Shown here in pieces: positions 39,101 to 54,075 of a DNA stretch of 64,000 nucleotides (position 1 is the first letter of the stretch; every line of letters begins with the position of its first letter). Source of the stretch: Mobula hypostoma. Taxonomy: Eukaryota. The DNA lies in the NCBI RefSeq assembly GCF_963921235.1, contig NC_086097.1, forward strand, positions 196,542,001 to 196,606,000, written 5' to 3'. The position numbers were made by a program, and so were the translations under genes. The notes below the pieces were generated by a model. It saw only the letters and a program-made list of their open reading frames with translations, did no database searches and was not told the DNA's origin.

Positions 39101-39730
39101 CACAAGGAATTCTGCAGATGCTGGAATTTCAAGCAACACACATCAAAGTTGCTGGTGAACGCAGCAGGCCAGGCAGCATCTCTAGGAAGAGGTACAGTCG
39201 ACGTTTCAGGCCGAGACCCTTCGTCAGGACTAGCTGAAAGAAGAGCTAGTAAGAGATTTGAAAGTGGGAGGGGGAGGGGAGATCCAAAATGATAGGAGAA
39301 GACAGGAGGGGGAGGGATGGAGCCAAGAGCTGGACAGTTAATTGGCAAAGGGGATATGAGAGGATCATGGGACAGGAGGCCCAGGGAGAAAGAAAAGGGG
39401 GAGGGGAGGAAAAACCCAGAGGATGGGCAAGGGGTGTAGTGAGAGGGACAGAGGGAGAAAAAGGAGAGAGAGAAAGAATGTGTGTATATAAATAAGTAAC
39501 AGAAGGGGTACGAGGGGGAGGTGGGGCATTAGCTGAAGTTTGAGAAGTCAATGTTCATGCCATCAGGTTGGAGGCTACCCAGACGGAATATTAGGTGTTG
39601 TTAGAATCAAGCAACACACATCAAAGTTGCTGGTGAACGCAGCAGGCCAGGCAGCATCTCCAGGAAGAGGTACAGTCAACATTTCGGGCCGAGACCCTTC
39701 GTCAGGACTAACTGAAAGAAGAGGTATTAA
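39101..39730 (-). mobile_element. Partial tandem of Penelope 3' ends with two hammerheads
   Basis: pLTR at 39101-39600 followed by a second pLTR end at 39608-39725; hammerhead cores at 39196-39231 and 39674-39709. Confidence 0.88.
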
Positions 39731-39732
39731 GA

Positions 39733-40137
39733 GGTAGAATATGATTAGGAATAGTCAGCATGACTTTGTCAAGGACAGATCGTGCCTTATGAGCCTGATT
39801 GAATTTTTTGAGGATATGACTAAACACATTGATGAAGGAAGAGCAGTAGGTGTAGTGTATATGGATTTCAGCAAGGCATTTGATAAGGTACCCCATGCAA
39901 GGCTTATTGAGAAAGTAAGGAGGCATGGGATCCAAGGGGACATTGCTTTGTGGATCCAGAACTGGCTTGCCCACAGAAGGCAAAGAGTGGTTATAGACAG
40001 GTCATATTCTGCATGGAGGTCAGTCACCAGTGGAGTTCCTCAGGGATCTGTTCTGGGACCCCTAGTCTTTGTGACCTGGATGAGGAAGTGGAGGGATGGG
40101 TACGTAAATTTACTGATGACACAAAGGTTGGAGGTGA
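39733..40137 (+). mobile_element. Internal CR1 RT fragment
   Basis: SQHDFVKDRSCL...YMDFSKAFDKVPH...SGVPQGSVLGP. Confidence 0.85.
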
Positions 40138-40219
40138 ACTCCATAAAAGAGTTCATCTGAAATACTGCTGTGTTTTGGCCTAATTTGCTGCAACTGCCAT
40201 TCATACCCCTAAATCTGTT

Positions 40220-40810
40220 GTCCGGTGATCTTGATGTAGCCTCCTCTACACTGGCGAGACCCAATATACACTGGGGGAGTGCTTTATTGAGTACTTCTGC
40301 TCCATCTGCTAAAGGCGGAATTTCCCGATGGCCAACCATATTAATTCCTATCCCCATTCCTGTTCTAACATCTCGGTCCATGGCCTCCTCTTCTGCCACA
40401 ATGAGGCCACTCTCAGGGTGGAACAGCAACACCTCATATTCCACCTGGATAGCCTCCAACGTGATGGCGTGAACAATGATTTCTCCTTCTGGTATTATTT
40501 TGCCCTCCCCCTTCCCTTTTCTTCTCTTCCCCACTCTGGCCTTTTACCTCTTCCCCTCACCTGTCAGATTTCTTCTTCTCCAGTCCTTTGCCTCCCAGCT
40601 CCTTACTTCACCCCCTCCCTTATCCACCTGACCTCACCTATCACTTAGCTTGCTGTCTTTCCCCTCTCCCTACCTTTAAATTCTGGCATCCCTCCCCTTC
40701 CTTTTCCGTCCCGAAGAAGTGTCTTTGCCCGAAACATTGACTGTGTATTCATTTCCATAGATGCTGCCCCTGACCTGCTGAGTTCCTCTAGCATTTTGTG
40801 TGTGTTGCTC
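40220..40810 (+). mobile_element. Penelope-like 3' fragment
   Basis: HGLLFCHNEATLRVEQQHLIFHL endonuclease end plus pLTR end. Confidence 0.8.
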
Positions 40811-40939
40811 TGAATAGACTTCCTTTCCAGCAATAGGTCATTTCCAAATTCCCTAACCGTAAAGTCTCCTCCAGCTCTTCAACATTCCCAAATCACGTTT
40901 TTCCCCCAAAGTTTTCCTCACTTTTAAATTCAAAAGAAT

Positions 40940-41405
40940 ATAAGAAACAGGAGCAGGAGTAGGCCATCTGGCCAGTCAAGTCTGTTCCGCCATTCAATAA
41001 GATCATGGCTGATCTGGCCATTGACTCATCTCCACCTCCCTGCCTTTTCCCCATAACCCTTGATTCCCTTACACTTCAAAAATCTATCCAACCTTGTCTT
41101 ACATATACTTAATGAGGTAGTCACCACTGCTTCATTACAGAGAATTCACTGCAGAGAATTCCACAGATTCACCACCCTCTGGAAAAAGCCGTTCCTCCTC
41201 ATCTCTATCCTAAGTCTATTTCCCCTAACCTTGTGGCTACGTCCCCTAGTTCTAGTTTCACCTATCAGTGGAAACAATTTTCCTGCCTCTGTCTTATCTA
41301 TCCCTTTCATAATTTTATAGGTTTCCATAAGATCTCCTCACATTCTCCTGAATTTCAGCTAGTATAGTCCCAGGCGACTCAATCTCTCCTCACAGTCTAA
41401 CCAAT
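40940..41405 (-). mobile_element. CR1 3' fragment
   Basis: METYKIMKGIDK...TRGRSHKVRG...FFQRVVNLWNSL. Confidence 0.85.
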
Positions 41406-41531
41406 CACTGGCAGTTGTAACATAGAAAAACAAATAAAAAAGAAATTGCAGATACTGTAAATTTGAACTACAGGAAGTATATTTGCCCTCTTTCTCCATC
41501 AGAAAAGAGACAATTGCACCACCATTACCAC

Positions 41532-42870
41532 GGCAGACATCCCATCTCTCCCGGAAGATCCGGGAGTCTCCTGCATATCGGTAGTGGCTCCCTGACGCCC
41601 GGAAATTATACACAATATCCCAGAAATAGATTTTTTTGAGAGAGAGAGGGAGAGCGAGCATCCTGATTGGTCTCTCTTCGTGCTAAGAGTGGTCCCCAAC
41701 CACCGGGCCGCAAAGAAACAATATGATTTGGCGATATGAAACGATATGAGTCATTTGCACCTTTCCGCATTCCCTGTCACGCACTGTTGAGCTTGAACGC
41801 ATGCGAGGTCATTACCCACGCATTATCCGTGTCAGCGCGGGAAGGAGATCAACTCCTCGAGCTTGTAAATGACAGCGGGCTGAAAAGTATGTTTCACATA
41901 ACATCTCTGCCGGCATTCTGGATCAAAGTCAAGGCTAAATATCCTGAGATAGCCACGAAAGCACTGAAAACGTTGCTTCCATTTCCAACATTATATCGCT
42001 GTGAAGCGGAGTTTTCTGCAATGAATGCAATGAAAGCTAAATTGCGGAAGAGACTGGACATAAGGAACCCCCTTCGAGTATCGCTGTCTCCCCCACCCCT
42101 CGATGGGACAGTCTTGTTGCAGGGAAACAAGCCCAGGGCTCACACTGATTCAGCGATATTGGTGTGTTGCAATGATTTTATATGTTCATACGGGGAAAAT
42201 GTGCGCTGTGTGTTTAATATCCAAACGTTACTTAAAATGTTATGATGCTATTGACTTATCACCTATATTCTGGTCGTGATTACACATGCCCCAGCCCCCC
42301 CGCCCCCCGGTCGGTTTATCCACAAGAATATTGTCAATATTAAACCAGTCTGCGGTGCAAAAAATGTTGGGGACCCCTGCTAAGTAGACCTATCAGTTTT
42401 CTCTGTGGGTGGGCTTTACAGTCGACCTCAAAAATAATGACAGTGTTGCTCGCTGCACTGTTTGCAACAGTGACTTTTCTATTGCCCATGGTGGGTTAAA
42501 ATGTAAAAGACATGTTGAGGTGAGTTTAACAGGTGTCATTACAGCATAGCTAACGTTATTTAAACTAGCTGGCTAGCTGCTAAGGAGCTACGCTATTGAT
42601 GTCCTACGTGATGAGGCCAAACTCCCTGTAGACTTGCTTAAAGTTGTAATAGAATAAACATGATAATATAATATAATATAATATAAGCAGATATTTTAAT
42701 GTCACATTTGCTGCATATACGCAACTTGGTTTACAGATTAGACAAAATCACTAAACAAAGTATTGCATACACCCTTGAAGGTCGAAGGGGGCGGGGGGCG
42801 GGGGTGCTACCTCCCTGAAATGGTGGTGATATCTCCCTGAAATGAGTTTTTGCAGGGTGGGATGTCTGCC
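41532..42870. mobile_element. Unclassified TIR element hosting a hAT insertion
   Basis: 13-bp perfect TIR ggcagacatccca / tgggatgtctgcc. Confidence 0.65.
41688..42379 (+). mobile_element. hAT (Buster/Charlie-type) deletion derivative
   Basis: TIRs agtggtccccaac / gttggggacccctg; the ORF holds the hAT C-terminal dimerisation domain FWIKVKAKYPEIATKALKTLLPFPTLYRCEAEFS...KLRKRLD; ctaag repeated at both flanks. Confidence 0.85.
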
Positions 42871-45800
42871 ACTGCCCTGCCTGAGATCAGCAAACTCAGC
42901 ACAGACTGTTACTGACCACAGGCCTCCCTCACTATACAATGCAGAGCTACTCAATAAATGAATCCAATAAAGCATCACTGAAAGTCTATCACTCTTGCTT
43001 TCAGCCTAAAATTCAGAAATAAAATCCACTCCCGGTAATTCAACAAAGTAGATTACTTCTTATCCAAGGTTATGTTGGGGAAGCACTAACAACACTTGAA
43101 GAAATGACTTTTTATTCATAAAAAATCCTCAAAAAGCATTCACAAGATCAGCATTGCTGCATACTCCCAGGTTGTTAACAATCTACCTGTAAAGAATTAA
43201 AGAATATATGAATTCAAACCTTCTACCTGGCTGCAGAAATATTTTAATCTAACAAAACTGGAACCTGCAGATATCTCTATCATATGCAACCATTATTTTA
43301 AATCACAATGTAGTTTGAAGTCTATATATTTACAGGTTTGTCATCATTAAAAGTAATGTCTTACTCAATTGCCAGAGTACATCATCAAGCACCCCATGCA
43401 TTGACATACCACAGATTCTTTGGTAAAGTAAACACTTCTAGATCTAGGTGGAATTCCAGACATTACTAGGGATATACTAAATCCCAGGAAATAAGTGTGC
43501 AACCCATCAGTTGAAAACAGCACATTTCATAATCATCATCATCCTAATGTTCTTTTTCCAGCTGTATTTGAAACCTCATTGATACTGTAATCATTCTCTG
43601 AAATGCCCCAGTTTGTCGAATGTGAGACACTGGCTGGAACTAAAGACTGTGCTATGAAACAGAAAGCTTTCTTCTGGCACGTGCCATATCTCTGGAGGAC
43701 AACCTTGTAGTAATTAATTACTCCCCATACACAAAGGCCTGCTTCTGGTTCGAAATAGTCCAACTTAAAGTATTCCAATATTTTTTTAAATTATTAGGAA
43801 GCCTGCATCACATTATCCTTTTCAGTAGATATATTTGAAATAGTTTTGGAACATGAAAATGTTTCAAAGTCATTATTTTTCAAATTTCGCTGATTTAATT
43901 AGAAAAAAATTCCCGAAATGATAATTCCTAAAATTCTGGAAGGATGTAATTTTTATAAAATTTACATTATTTATATTCCCTAAGATAATATTTAATTACA
44001 AATCTCTTTTTCTATGTTGCAAAGGTTGTGTAGTTTTCATGCACACCAAAAAGAAAGCAATGTAATTCTTCAAATTTCAAGGCTTCCTCAGATAAAAAAG
44101 CATACTTTATCTTTTAATGAAAAAATATCACAAATTAGATCTCATTCTATGAAATTCTCTGGGTTTTATAAGCTTGCTTGCTTTACAAAGTAACAAAACA
44201 CACCACTCAGTGGCTTGGTGACCCTCATTCATCCACCCAATGACCTCTGTATTTGTTTCAGCATCACTTTGGGCCTGCTGCATTTATCCTATGTCAAGCC
44301 TGAAGATGCTGTTTCCTCCTAGCACCTGGCCACAAATTTGAATACAAAGTTTCATGCAGCCACCCTTTCCCATTTTCTCCACGACTCACAAGTTCTCCAC
44401 GAAAGCCTCACTGATAAGAGGCTTGGATCCCATTGCAGCAGTATACAAAGCAGTAAATTTAACCTGGTTTGTGGCAATGACCCGCAATTCTGGTGGGTTT
44501 CACTTCTGCTCCAAAGGCACAGTGAGCAATAAATTTCAAATCAAACTTGGTCTGATTTTGTAGTCACATTAAACAATAGGGTACAAAGTCAGCTTCAAAG
44601 TATTAACCCCTTCAACACCAAGTTCTCTGACTCGTGCACAGACATGGTATGTATTTACACACTAAATTTTGTGACCTCTGAATGTCCCAAAATGCTTTAC
44701 AAACAAATGTATTAATATCCATGTAACTTACTGTTGTAGCAAAGGCAAAGAGGCAGGCAGTTTATCCACAGAAAACTCCTCTGCATTTTTTTTGTGTGCA
44801 GTTTATTAAGGGGAAAATATCAGCCAGGACAATAGGAATTAATTGGTGACAATGAAAGAAAGAATTGATTTAACTTCAAAAGATAGCACTCAAGAAATGT
44901 TACTGTATAAGACAAAACTTGTATGCTCCGTAAAAGACTTTTTTCAAACTTTGTGTACCTAGACCAGAATTAATCTGAGCATTCAGTATGTTTAATATCA
45001 TTGTAGGAAATTCTACTCTACCATTGGGGCCAATGAACAATTGAGATCAGAGAGTGTTGTAAGTCAAGAGAAGATTACAGATTTACCTCTTTTTCTGCAC
45101 AACATAATCAATCAACATCTGGACAAACGAAAATGCTGACAGCAGAGTTTTGATGTTTGGAGTGTGATGGTGGTAGCCACCATACATCAGAAAAGAGAAT
45201 TATGACAGGATTTTTGAAATCTTCAACCAAATATGTGATGCCAGCCAGACCAGCCCGAAAGGAAGATGATTTGGTGGGCATTTCAACGCTCTAAGTTGGA
45301 TATAAAAGATGCCATGCTGCAATTCTGAATAATAGGGAAGGTTCAATTTATCCTGAAAATGTTACAAAATTAATAAAGAATCTAATTATTATATTATTGT
45401 TATTTACACATACTAATTTGCTGCAGCATGTAGTATTACATTAGAGGCTGTATTTCAGAAATCTCTTTTCCTTAGGCAGTCCACTGGAGTTAAGGATGAC
45501 TTGCTCTAACTCCAGTTCTGTAAATTCTGAGATGACTGCTGAGACTAATGTGGGACCCACAGACTCTGCCACAGTTGGGCCAGGAGGTGCCTGGCAGCTC
45601 AGGTGTAGAGTGGCATTCAAGATGTTGCAATGGTTTCCTGGATTCCCGTGTGCTCCACAAGAGACTGATGTTCTCAATGTCAATCCAGATATTTCTTCTC
45701 CATTTTAATCAGTCGCAGTCTATGGTTTCCCGTTGAATTGGTGAGGATGTTATTTTTTTTAATAGGTCTAAAATCCTTTAATTATTTCCTTTGTCTGAGT

Positions 45801-47584
45801 TGTAGTCTCATACTATAACAGCGCTCAGTATTGAGTTCCTGTTTCAAGAATATTATCAGGTATGCAATCAATGTAGCCTGTCCACTGGAGCTGGTTGATA
45901 AAATTAAATGATAATGGTAAGGAAATTGGTGTGAGAGGTTTGCGATATTAGTCTGCTTATCCTGTAGTCCAATCACAGGATTTTGTGAAAATAGTGCAAC
46001 CTAAACCTCTCTCATGCCTCACTTCCATATATCAGAGTCATATAAGAGAGTTAGGTGGATCATGCTTCAAGGCAGGTTTGAGATCATGATCTTCAACAAC
46101 CTTTTTCCACAGAAGGCCAAAAGCTGATGTACATGGAGGCAATGGTGAGTTTCATCAGCCACTTTATTCTCACAGAAGAAGCTCCCAAGGAATGAAAAGT
46201 GGATCATATTTTTCAGGGACCTCACTGGAGTGGTGGGTTGCAGTGGAAGCTGACTGGATCATTTTTTTACAGATGTTTAGTACAAAGCGCACTTTTCATA
46301 CGAAACTGAATAAGTCAATAATGACTTGAATTTGGCCTCTGTGCACATACAAATGCCATATATTTACTTCATAATTATTAAAACATTTTAGACCATCCTA
46401 AGATCGTGAAGGTGCTTGACATACATGTCACAATGCAGAGAGAGCAACCTCATTTAAGTCCAAATTAGATGAATGTCCTTCAAGGGAGTAATTTGCATGA
46501 TTAGTCCAAAATAGAGAAGGCAACAAAACTGGGCATTCTTACGCACTGAAAAATGATACTTCAAACCTGATACTTATAAACAAATTTATCATTATTTCCT
46601 TTTCCTCAAAAAACAACTCTTGACCTTTACATCAAGTGATCGATATAATCTAGCAATGAGGTTTTCTGGAATTTTCTTTTTCGTTTTCTGTATAAGCTTC
46701 CTCTGCACAAATGGCACAGTTCATATTTACCAAGTAGGTTTATGCAGAGGCCCACTTCATGGTGAATTAAAAGTGGGCCCACCACTGCTGTAGACTCTAA
46801 GGCATTCATCATTTTCCAGGTGAGTCTCCTTCAAGTGGCTTTCTCAGTATTCATTCCAAGCAACTCTTCCCTTCCTCTTTGCCAAAACTCTCAAAGTCTC
46901 CTACTCCTTTTCTACCTGGTTACAACTTCCAGTCACCTATTCAACTGACCCCACTACCCGATTAATCGACTGACTGATTCCACACCCCTGAACAGCTTAC
47001 CTCAACCCAGCAGGCCTTAAACTTTCTGCAACCAACGCATACTTCAATGTCCTTTCTACTCCAGCAATCCACCTTCCTGGATAAGCAGAGAATTTTTATA
47101 CCTACAAATTGGGCAAGGCTTAACTCAGTCCAGGCAACAGACCATCACCTGAAGGAACAGCTTGAAAAGGCTGGCCCATACCTACCACACTTTTATAAGC
47201 TTTTTCAGATAACTTCCAACTCCTTGCCCAAAGTTTTGTTACTATAAGTAAAGGAATATAAAGTATATCAAATTAAACTTGCGTATCTGTGAGAATACCA
47301 ATTCCAAAATGGATATGCATATAACATGTAGTAGGATGCCTGTGGTTTGGATGGAAAATACAATGGATTCCAGTTAATTGATCAGCTGTTTATTTGGGCC
47401 AACTCTTAAAGAACAAAAATAAACTGAGAAAGCCAATATTCCTTCTGTTTCTTCAGGATACTATGCTGCTTAATTGGGACAGGGGACTGCTGCCGAACAG
47501 CTTCTAACTAGCGTCAGATGCATGCACTTGTCTGACTATTAGACAGTGCACTGTGCCGAGAGCAAACAGTTCTTAAACACAAGA

Positions 47585-49730
47585 AGTACGCTACATCAAT
47601 GACTGCATTTGTGCTGCTTCCTGCACCCATGCTGAGCTCATCAACTTTACTTCCAACTTCCACCCTGCCATCAAATTTACTTGGTCCATTTCTGACACCT
47701 CTATCCCCTTTCTCGATCTCTCTGACTCCATCTCTGGAGACAGTCTATCTACTGATATCTTTTATAAACCCACTGACTCTCACAACTACCTGGACTATAC
47801 CTCTCCCCACTTTGTAGAAATGCCATCCAATTCTCTCAATTCTTCCACCTCCACCGCATCTGCTCTCAGGATGAGGCTTTTCATTACAGAATGAGGGAGA
47901 CATCCTCCTTCAAAGAGTGTGGCTTTCCTTCCTCCACCAACAACACTGCCTTCACCTGTATCTCTTCCATTTTGTTCACGTCCACTCTCACCCCATCCAC
48001 CTGCCACCCCACCAGGTATAGGGTTCCTCTTGTTCTCATCTACCACCCCACCAGCCTGTGTCCAGCACATAATTCTCCGTAATTTCCACCATCTCCAATG
48101 GGATCTCACCACGAAGCACATCTTTAGCTCCCCCGCCGCCCCCCCCGCTCTGCTTTCCACAGGGATAACTCCCTATGGGACTCCCTTACCCATTTGTCGC
48201 TCCCCACTGATCTCCCTCCTGGCACTTGGCCCTGCAAGTGTAAAACAGCCACACCTTCCTCTACACCTCTTCCCTCACTATCATTCAGGGCCACAAACAG
48301 TCCTTCCAGATGAGGTGACACTTCACCTGTGAGTCTGTTGGGCTCATCTATTGTATCCAGTACTCATGGTGTGGCATCCTGTATATCAGTGAGACCTGAC
48401 TCAGATTGGGAGACCATCCACTAGAAAATGCGGGATCTCCCAGTGGCCAACCATTTCAATTCTACTACTCATTCCTACATGTCAGTCCATAGTCTCATCT
48501 ACTGCCACGATGAAGCCACACTCAAGTTGGAGGAGCAACAACTTGTATTCCGTCTGGGTAGCCTCCAACATGATGGCTGGAACATTGACTTCTTGAACTT
48601 CCAGTAATTGCCCCCCCCTCACTATTCCCCATTCTTGTATCCCTGTCACACCTTCTCTCCTTACCTGCTTATCGCCTCCTTCTGGTGTTCCTCCCTTTTC
48701 CCTTTCTTCCAAAGCTTTCTGTCCTCTCCTATCAGACTCCCCATTCTCCAGCCCGTTATCTCTTTCACCAATTGACTTCCCAGCTCTATACTTCACCCCT
48801 TCCAGTTTCACCTATCACCTACTACCTTGTACAACCCGGAGAAGTGTGAGGTGGTACACTTTGGAAGACAAACTCCAAGGCAGAGTACAAAGTAAATGGC
48901 AGGATACTTGGTAGTGTGGAGGAGCAGAGGGATCTGGGGGTACATGTCCACAGATCCCTGAAAGTTGCCTCACAGGTAGATAGGGTAGTTAAGAAAGCTT
49001 ATGGGGTGTTGGCTTTCATAAGTTGAGGGACAGAGTTTAAGAGTCGTGATGTAATGATGCAGCTCTATAAAACTCTGGTCAGGCCACACTTGGAGTACTG
49101 TGTCCAGTTTTGGTCGCCTCACTATAGGAAGGATGTGGAAGCATTGGAAAGGGTACAGAGGAGATTTACCAGGATGCTGCCTGGTTTAGAGAGTATGGAT
49201 TATGATCAGAGATTAAGGGAGCTAGGGCTTTACTCTTTATAGAGAAGGAGGATGAGAGGAGACATGATAGAGGTGTACAAAATATTAAGAGGAATAGATA
49301 GAGTGGATTGCCAGTGCCTCTTCCCCAGGGCACCACTGCTCAATACAAGAGGACATGGCTTTTAGGTTCGGGGTGGGAAGTTCAAGGGGGATATTAGAGG
49401 AAGGTTTTTTACTCAGAGAGTGGTTGGTGTGTGGAATGCACTGCCTGAGTCAGTGGTGGAGGCAGATACACTAGTGAAGTTTAAGAGACTACTAGACAGG
49501 TATATGGAGGAATTTAAGGTGAGGAGTTATATGGGAGGCAGGGTTTGAGGGTCGGCAGAACATTGTGGACCAAAGGGCCTGTAATGTGCTGAACTATTCT
49601 ATGTTCTATGTTCTATATGTTGTACTTCTTCCTAGTCCTGATGAAGGGTCCTGGCCTGAAATGTCAACTGTTTATTCTTTTCCATAGATGCTGCCTGGTC
49701 TGCTGAGTTCCTCCAGAATTTTGTGTGTAT
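47585..49730 (+). mobile_element. Degenerate Penelope-like element (RT end, GIY-YIG, pLTR)
   Basis: Colinear with 59250-60712; interrupted by a CR1. Confidence 0.88.
48833..49619 (+). mobile_element. 5'-truncated CR1 LINE
   Basis: Near-identical to 5288-6072; (TTCTATG)n tail; flanking ttgtac duplication at 48827-48832 and 49620-49625. Confidence 0.93.
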
Positions 49731-50134
49731 AGTTTTTAAGCAGCATCAATTGCGTGCACTTGCGTTCAAAAAGCAGGAATTTTTGTCACTGATATTTGGT
49801 GAGAAATAAGCAGTAAGATAACTCAGAACTGTTTTGCACACAGTGGTTTCAAGCATTCAGGCTTGGAGATGCGAGTAATGGCCAGGAGTGAAAATGAAAG
49901 GATTTCACTACTTCAGCAAATTAGGAGCTACAGAGAGTCTGAAGGTATCGACAATCACCTTGAACGTTACAATGAAAATGAAGATTTTGAGGATAAAATC
50001 GTCAATATAGCCTTGTATGATGGCAGTCCATTATCTATACTAGGTATCTGTGCTGACATTGTTCATTGAGTGTCAATCAAAAGAATACGTACACTATACG
50101 AATTCCTCCATCGATAACTATTAGGAATTTATAG

Positions 50135-50522
50135 TCGAACTTCTGGTAATGTTCCCCACCCCTCCACCATTGCCCATCCCCTTCTCTCACCTGATATCCT
50201 TGCCTGCCTATCGCCTCCCTCCGGTGCTCCTCCCCCCTTTTCTTTCTTCCATGGCCTTCTGCCCTCTTCGATTCGATTCCCCTTCTCCAGCCCTGTATCT
50301 CTTTCACCAATGAACTTCCCAGCTCTTTACTTCACCCCTCCCCCTACCAGTTTCACCCTAACACCTTGTGTTTCTCGTTCCCCTCCCCCCACCTTTTAAC
50401 TCTACTCCTCCTCTTTTTTTCTCCAGTCCTGCTGAAGGGTCTCAGCCCAACACGTCAACTGTACTCTTTTCCATAGATGCTGCCTGGCCTGCTGAGTTCC
50501 TCCAGCATTTAGTGTGTGTTGC
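50135..50522 (+). mobile_element. Penelope 3' UTR/pLTR fragment
   Basis: Pyrimidine-rich UTR and cagtcctgctgaagggtctcagcccaacacgtc degenerate hammerhead. Confidence 0.8.
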
Positions 50523-50796
50523 ATAGTTTTATAGCATTGTAGTAGTAACAATAGTGTTCTAATTTGCGCTATATTTCACTTAAGTACATAATTTGTTACT
50601 CAGTTAAACAGTAGTTTGTCTTTTTATACCTTTTTAACGCATCCATGAAACTTCAGTTAATTGGGGTAACTGTTTAATTGGGCCAAGATGTATTGGTCCT
50701 GATGTGTCCCAATTAACCAGAACCCACTGTACTAATAAGAACAGACGTAAGTTCACACACATAATATGTGAAATGGGAGAGGGAGAGGGAGAAGAA

Positions 50797-50798
<2 letters not shown>

Positions 50799-50883
<85 letters not shown>
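50799..50883. repeat. Compound (GT)n(GA)n microsatellite
   Basis: Visible dinucleotide runs. Confidence 0.97.
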
Positions 50884-50889
<6 letters not shown>

Positions 50890-51854
50890 AGGGGGTGGAA
50901 TCTTATCTCACACAAGATCATTGGGAAATAATCATAACAAGCCACTGGTTAAGCAATACTTCTCCTATAATCTCTTCAAACTAGGCAAGTAAACCAAGTA
51001 AATTACCCACATACAGAATCAAACTTTTTACTAATCAATACACAAGAATCCAGACATGATTTTTCTTCTTACCTCCTTTTCTGTCAGTTACCCTTTTGAA
51101 AATGCATTCATTTTTTTCGTGACAAGAGGTAAAATTGTGCTGGAGATTTTGTGGTCAGTAATCTTCTCAATGGCAGAAACAATGGCTCCTGGGCAAAAAA
51201 ATAAATCAAAGGTTGTAAGTGAAGAGAAAGGAAATCATGAACAGCTATGGCTGACCAATTGGCCAGCAGTTGCATGCATAACTGTTAGGAATTTACTTTT
51301 ATTTCCATTTGGAAGGTGGGCCTGATTGATAGATTTGCATGCCAATTGTCAAAACATGGTTCTTCAGACTGGCTGCTCACTGTTGACACTGCTGGGAGTA
51401 GGAATCTCCTGGCCTTTGCGTTGCTAAGGAGCTACAAGCACCAGCAATCCAGGCACCGCTGAGATTTTTTGGTGGACCTCAACTGTTGAATGATGGGAAA
51501 TCTCTAGGTGAGTGAGACCATGGGAAGGAATGGCAAATTGAGCTGGGTCTTTTCCCCTATTTCAATCTGTCCTCCTTTCTTTTTCTTCTCCCTCCTCCAG
51601 AAGTTTCCACTAGATCTTAACTAACTAATGCCAACACCTCTTACATCAGATCAAATCAGATCAATTAAACACTTTAGCTGAGATTCCTTTTAGAGATTCA
51701 CATCTTAATTTCCTAATAAAACCAATACTAGTGGTACAATTGATACAGCAAGTAACCCAGAATAGTTATGATGTTTTGTTATGCTTTTCCCTCCATTAAA
51801 ATGAAGTGCTTTGATGTTTCTAGCATACAGTGTATTTCTCGCCGTAACACAATC

Positions 51855-54075
<2,221 letters not shown>

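Larger units (their letters stand above)
47361..50729. mobile_element. Tigger/pogo-like non-autonomous element holding nested retroelements
   Basis: TA-flanked TIRs caatggattccagttaattg / caattaaccagaacccactg. Confidence 0.75.

Noticed and set aside
50634..50984. HT/CV/RE repeat ORFs
   Set aside because: Translations of a microsatellite.
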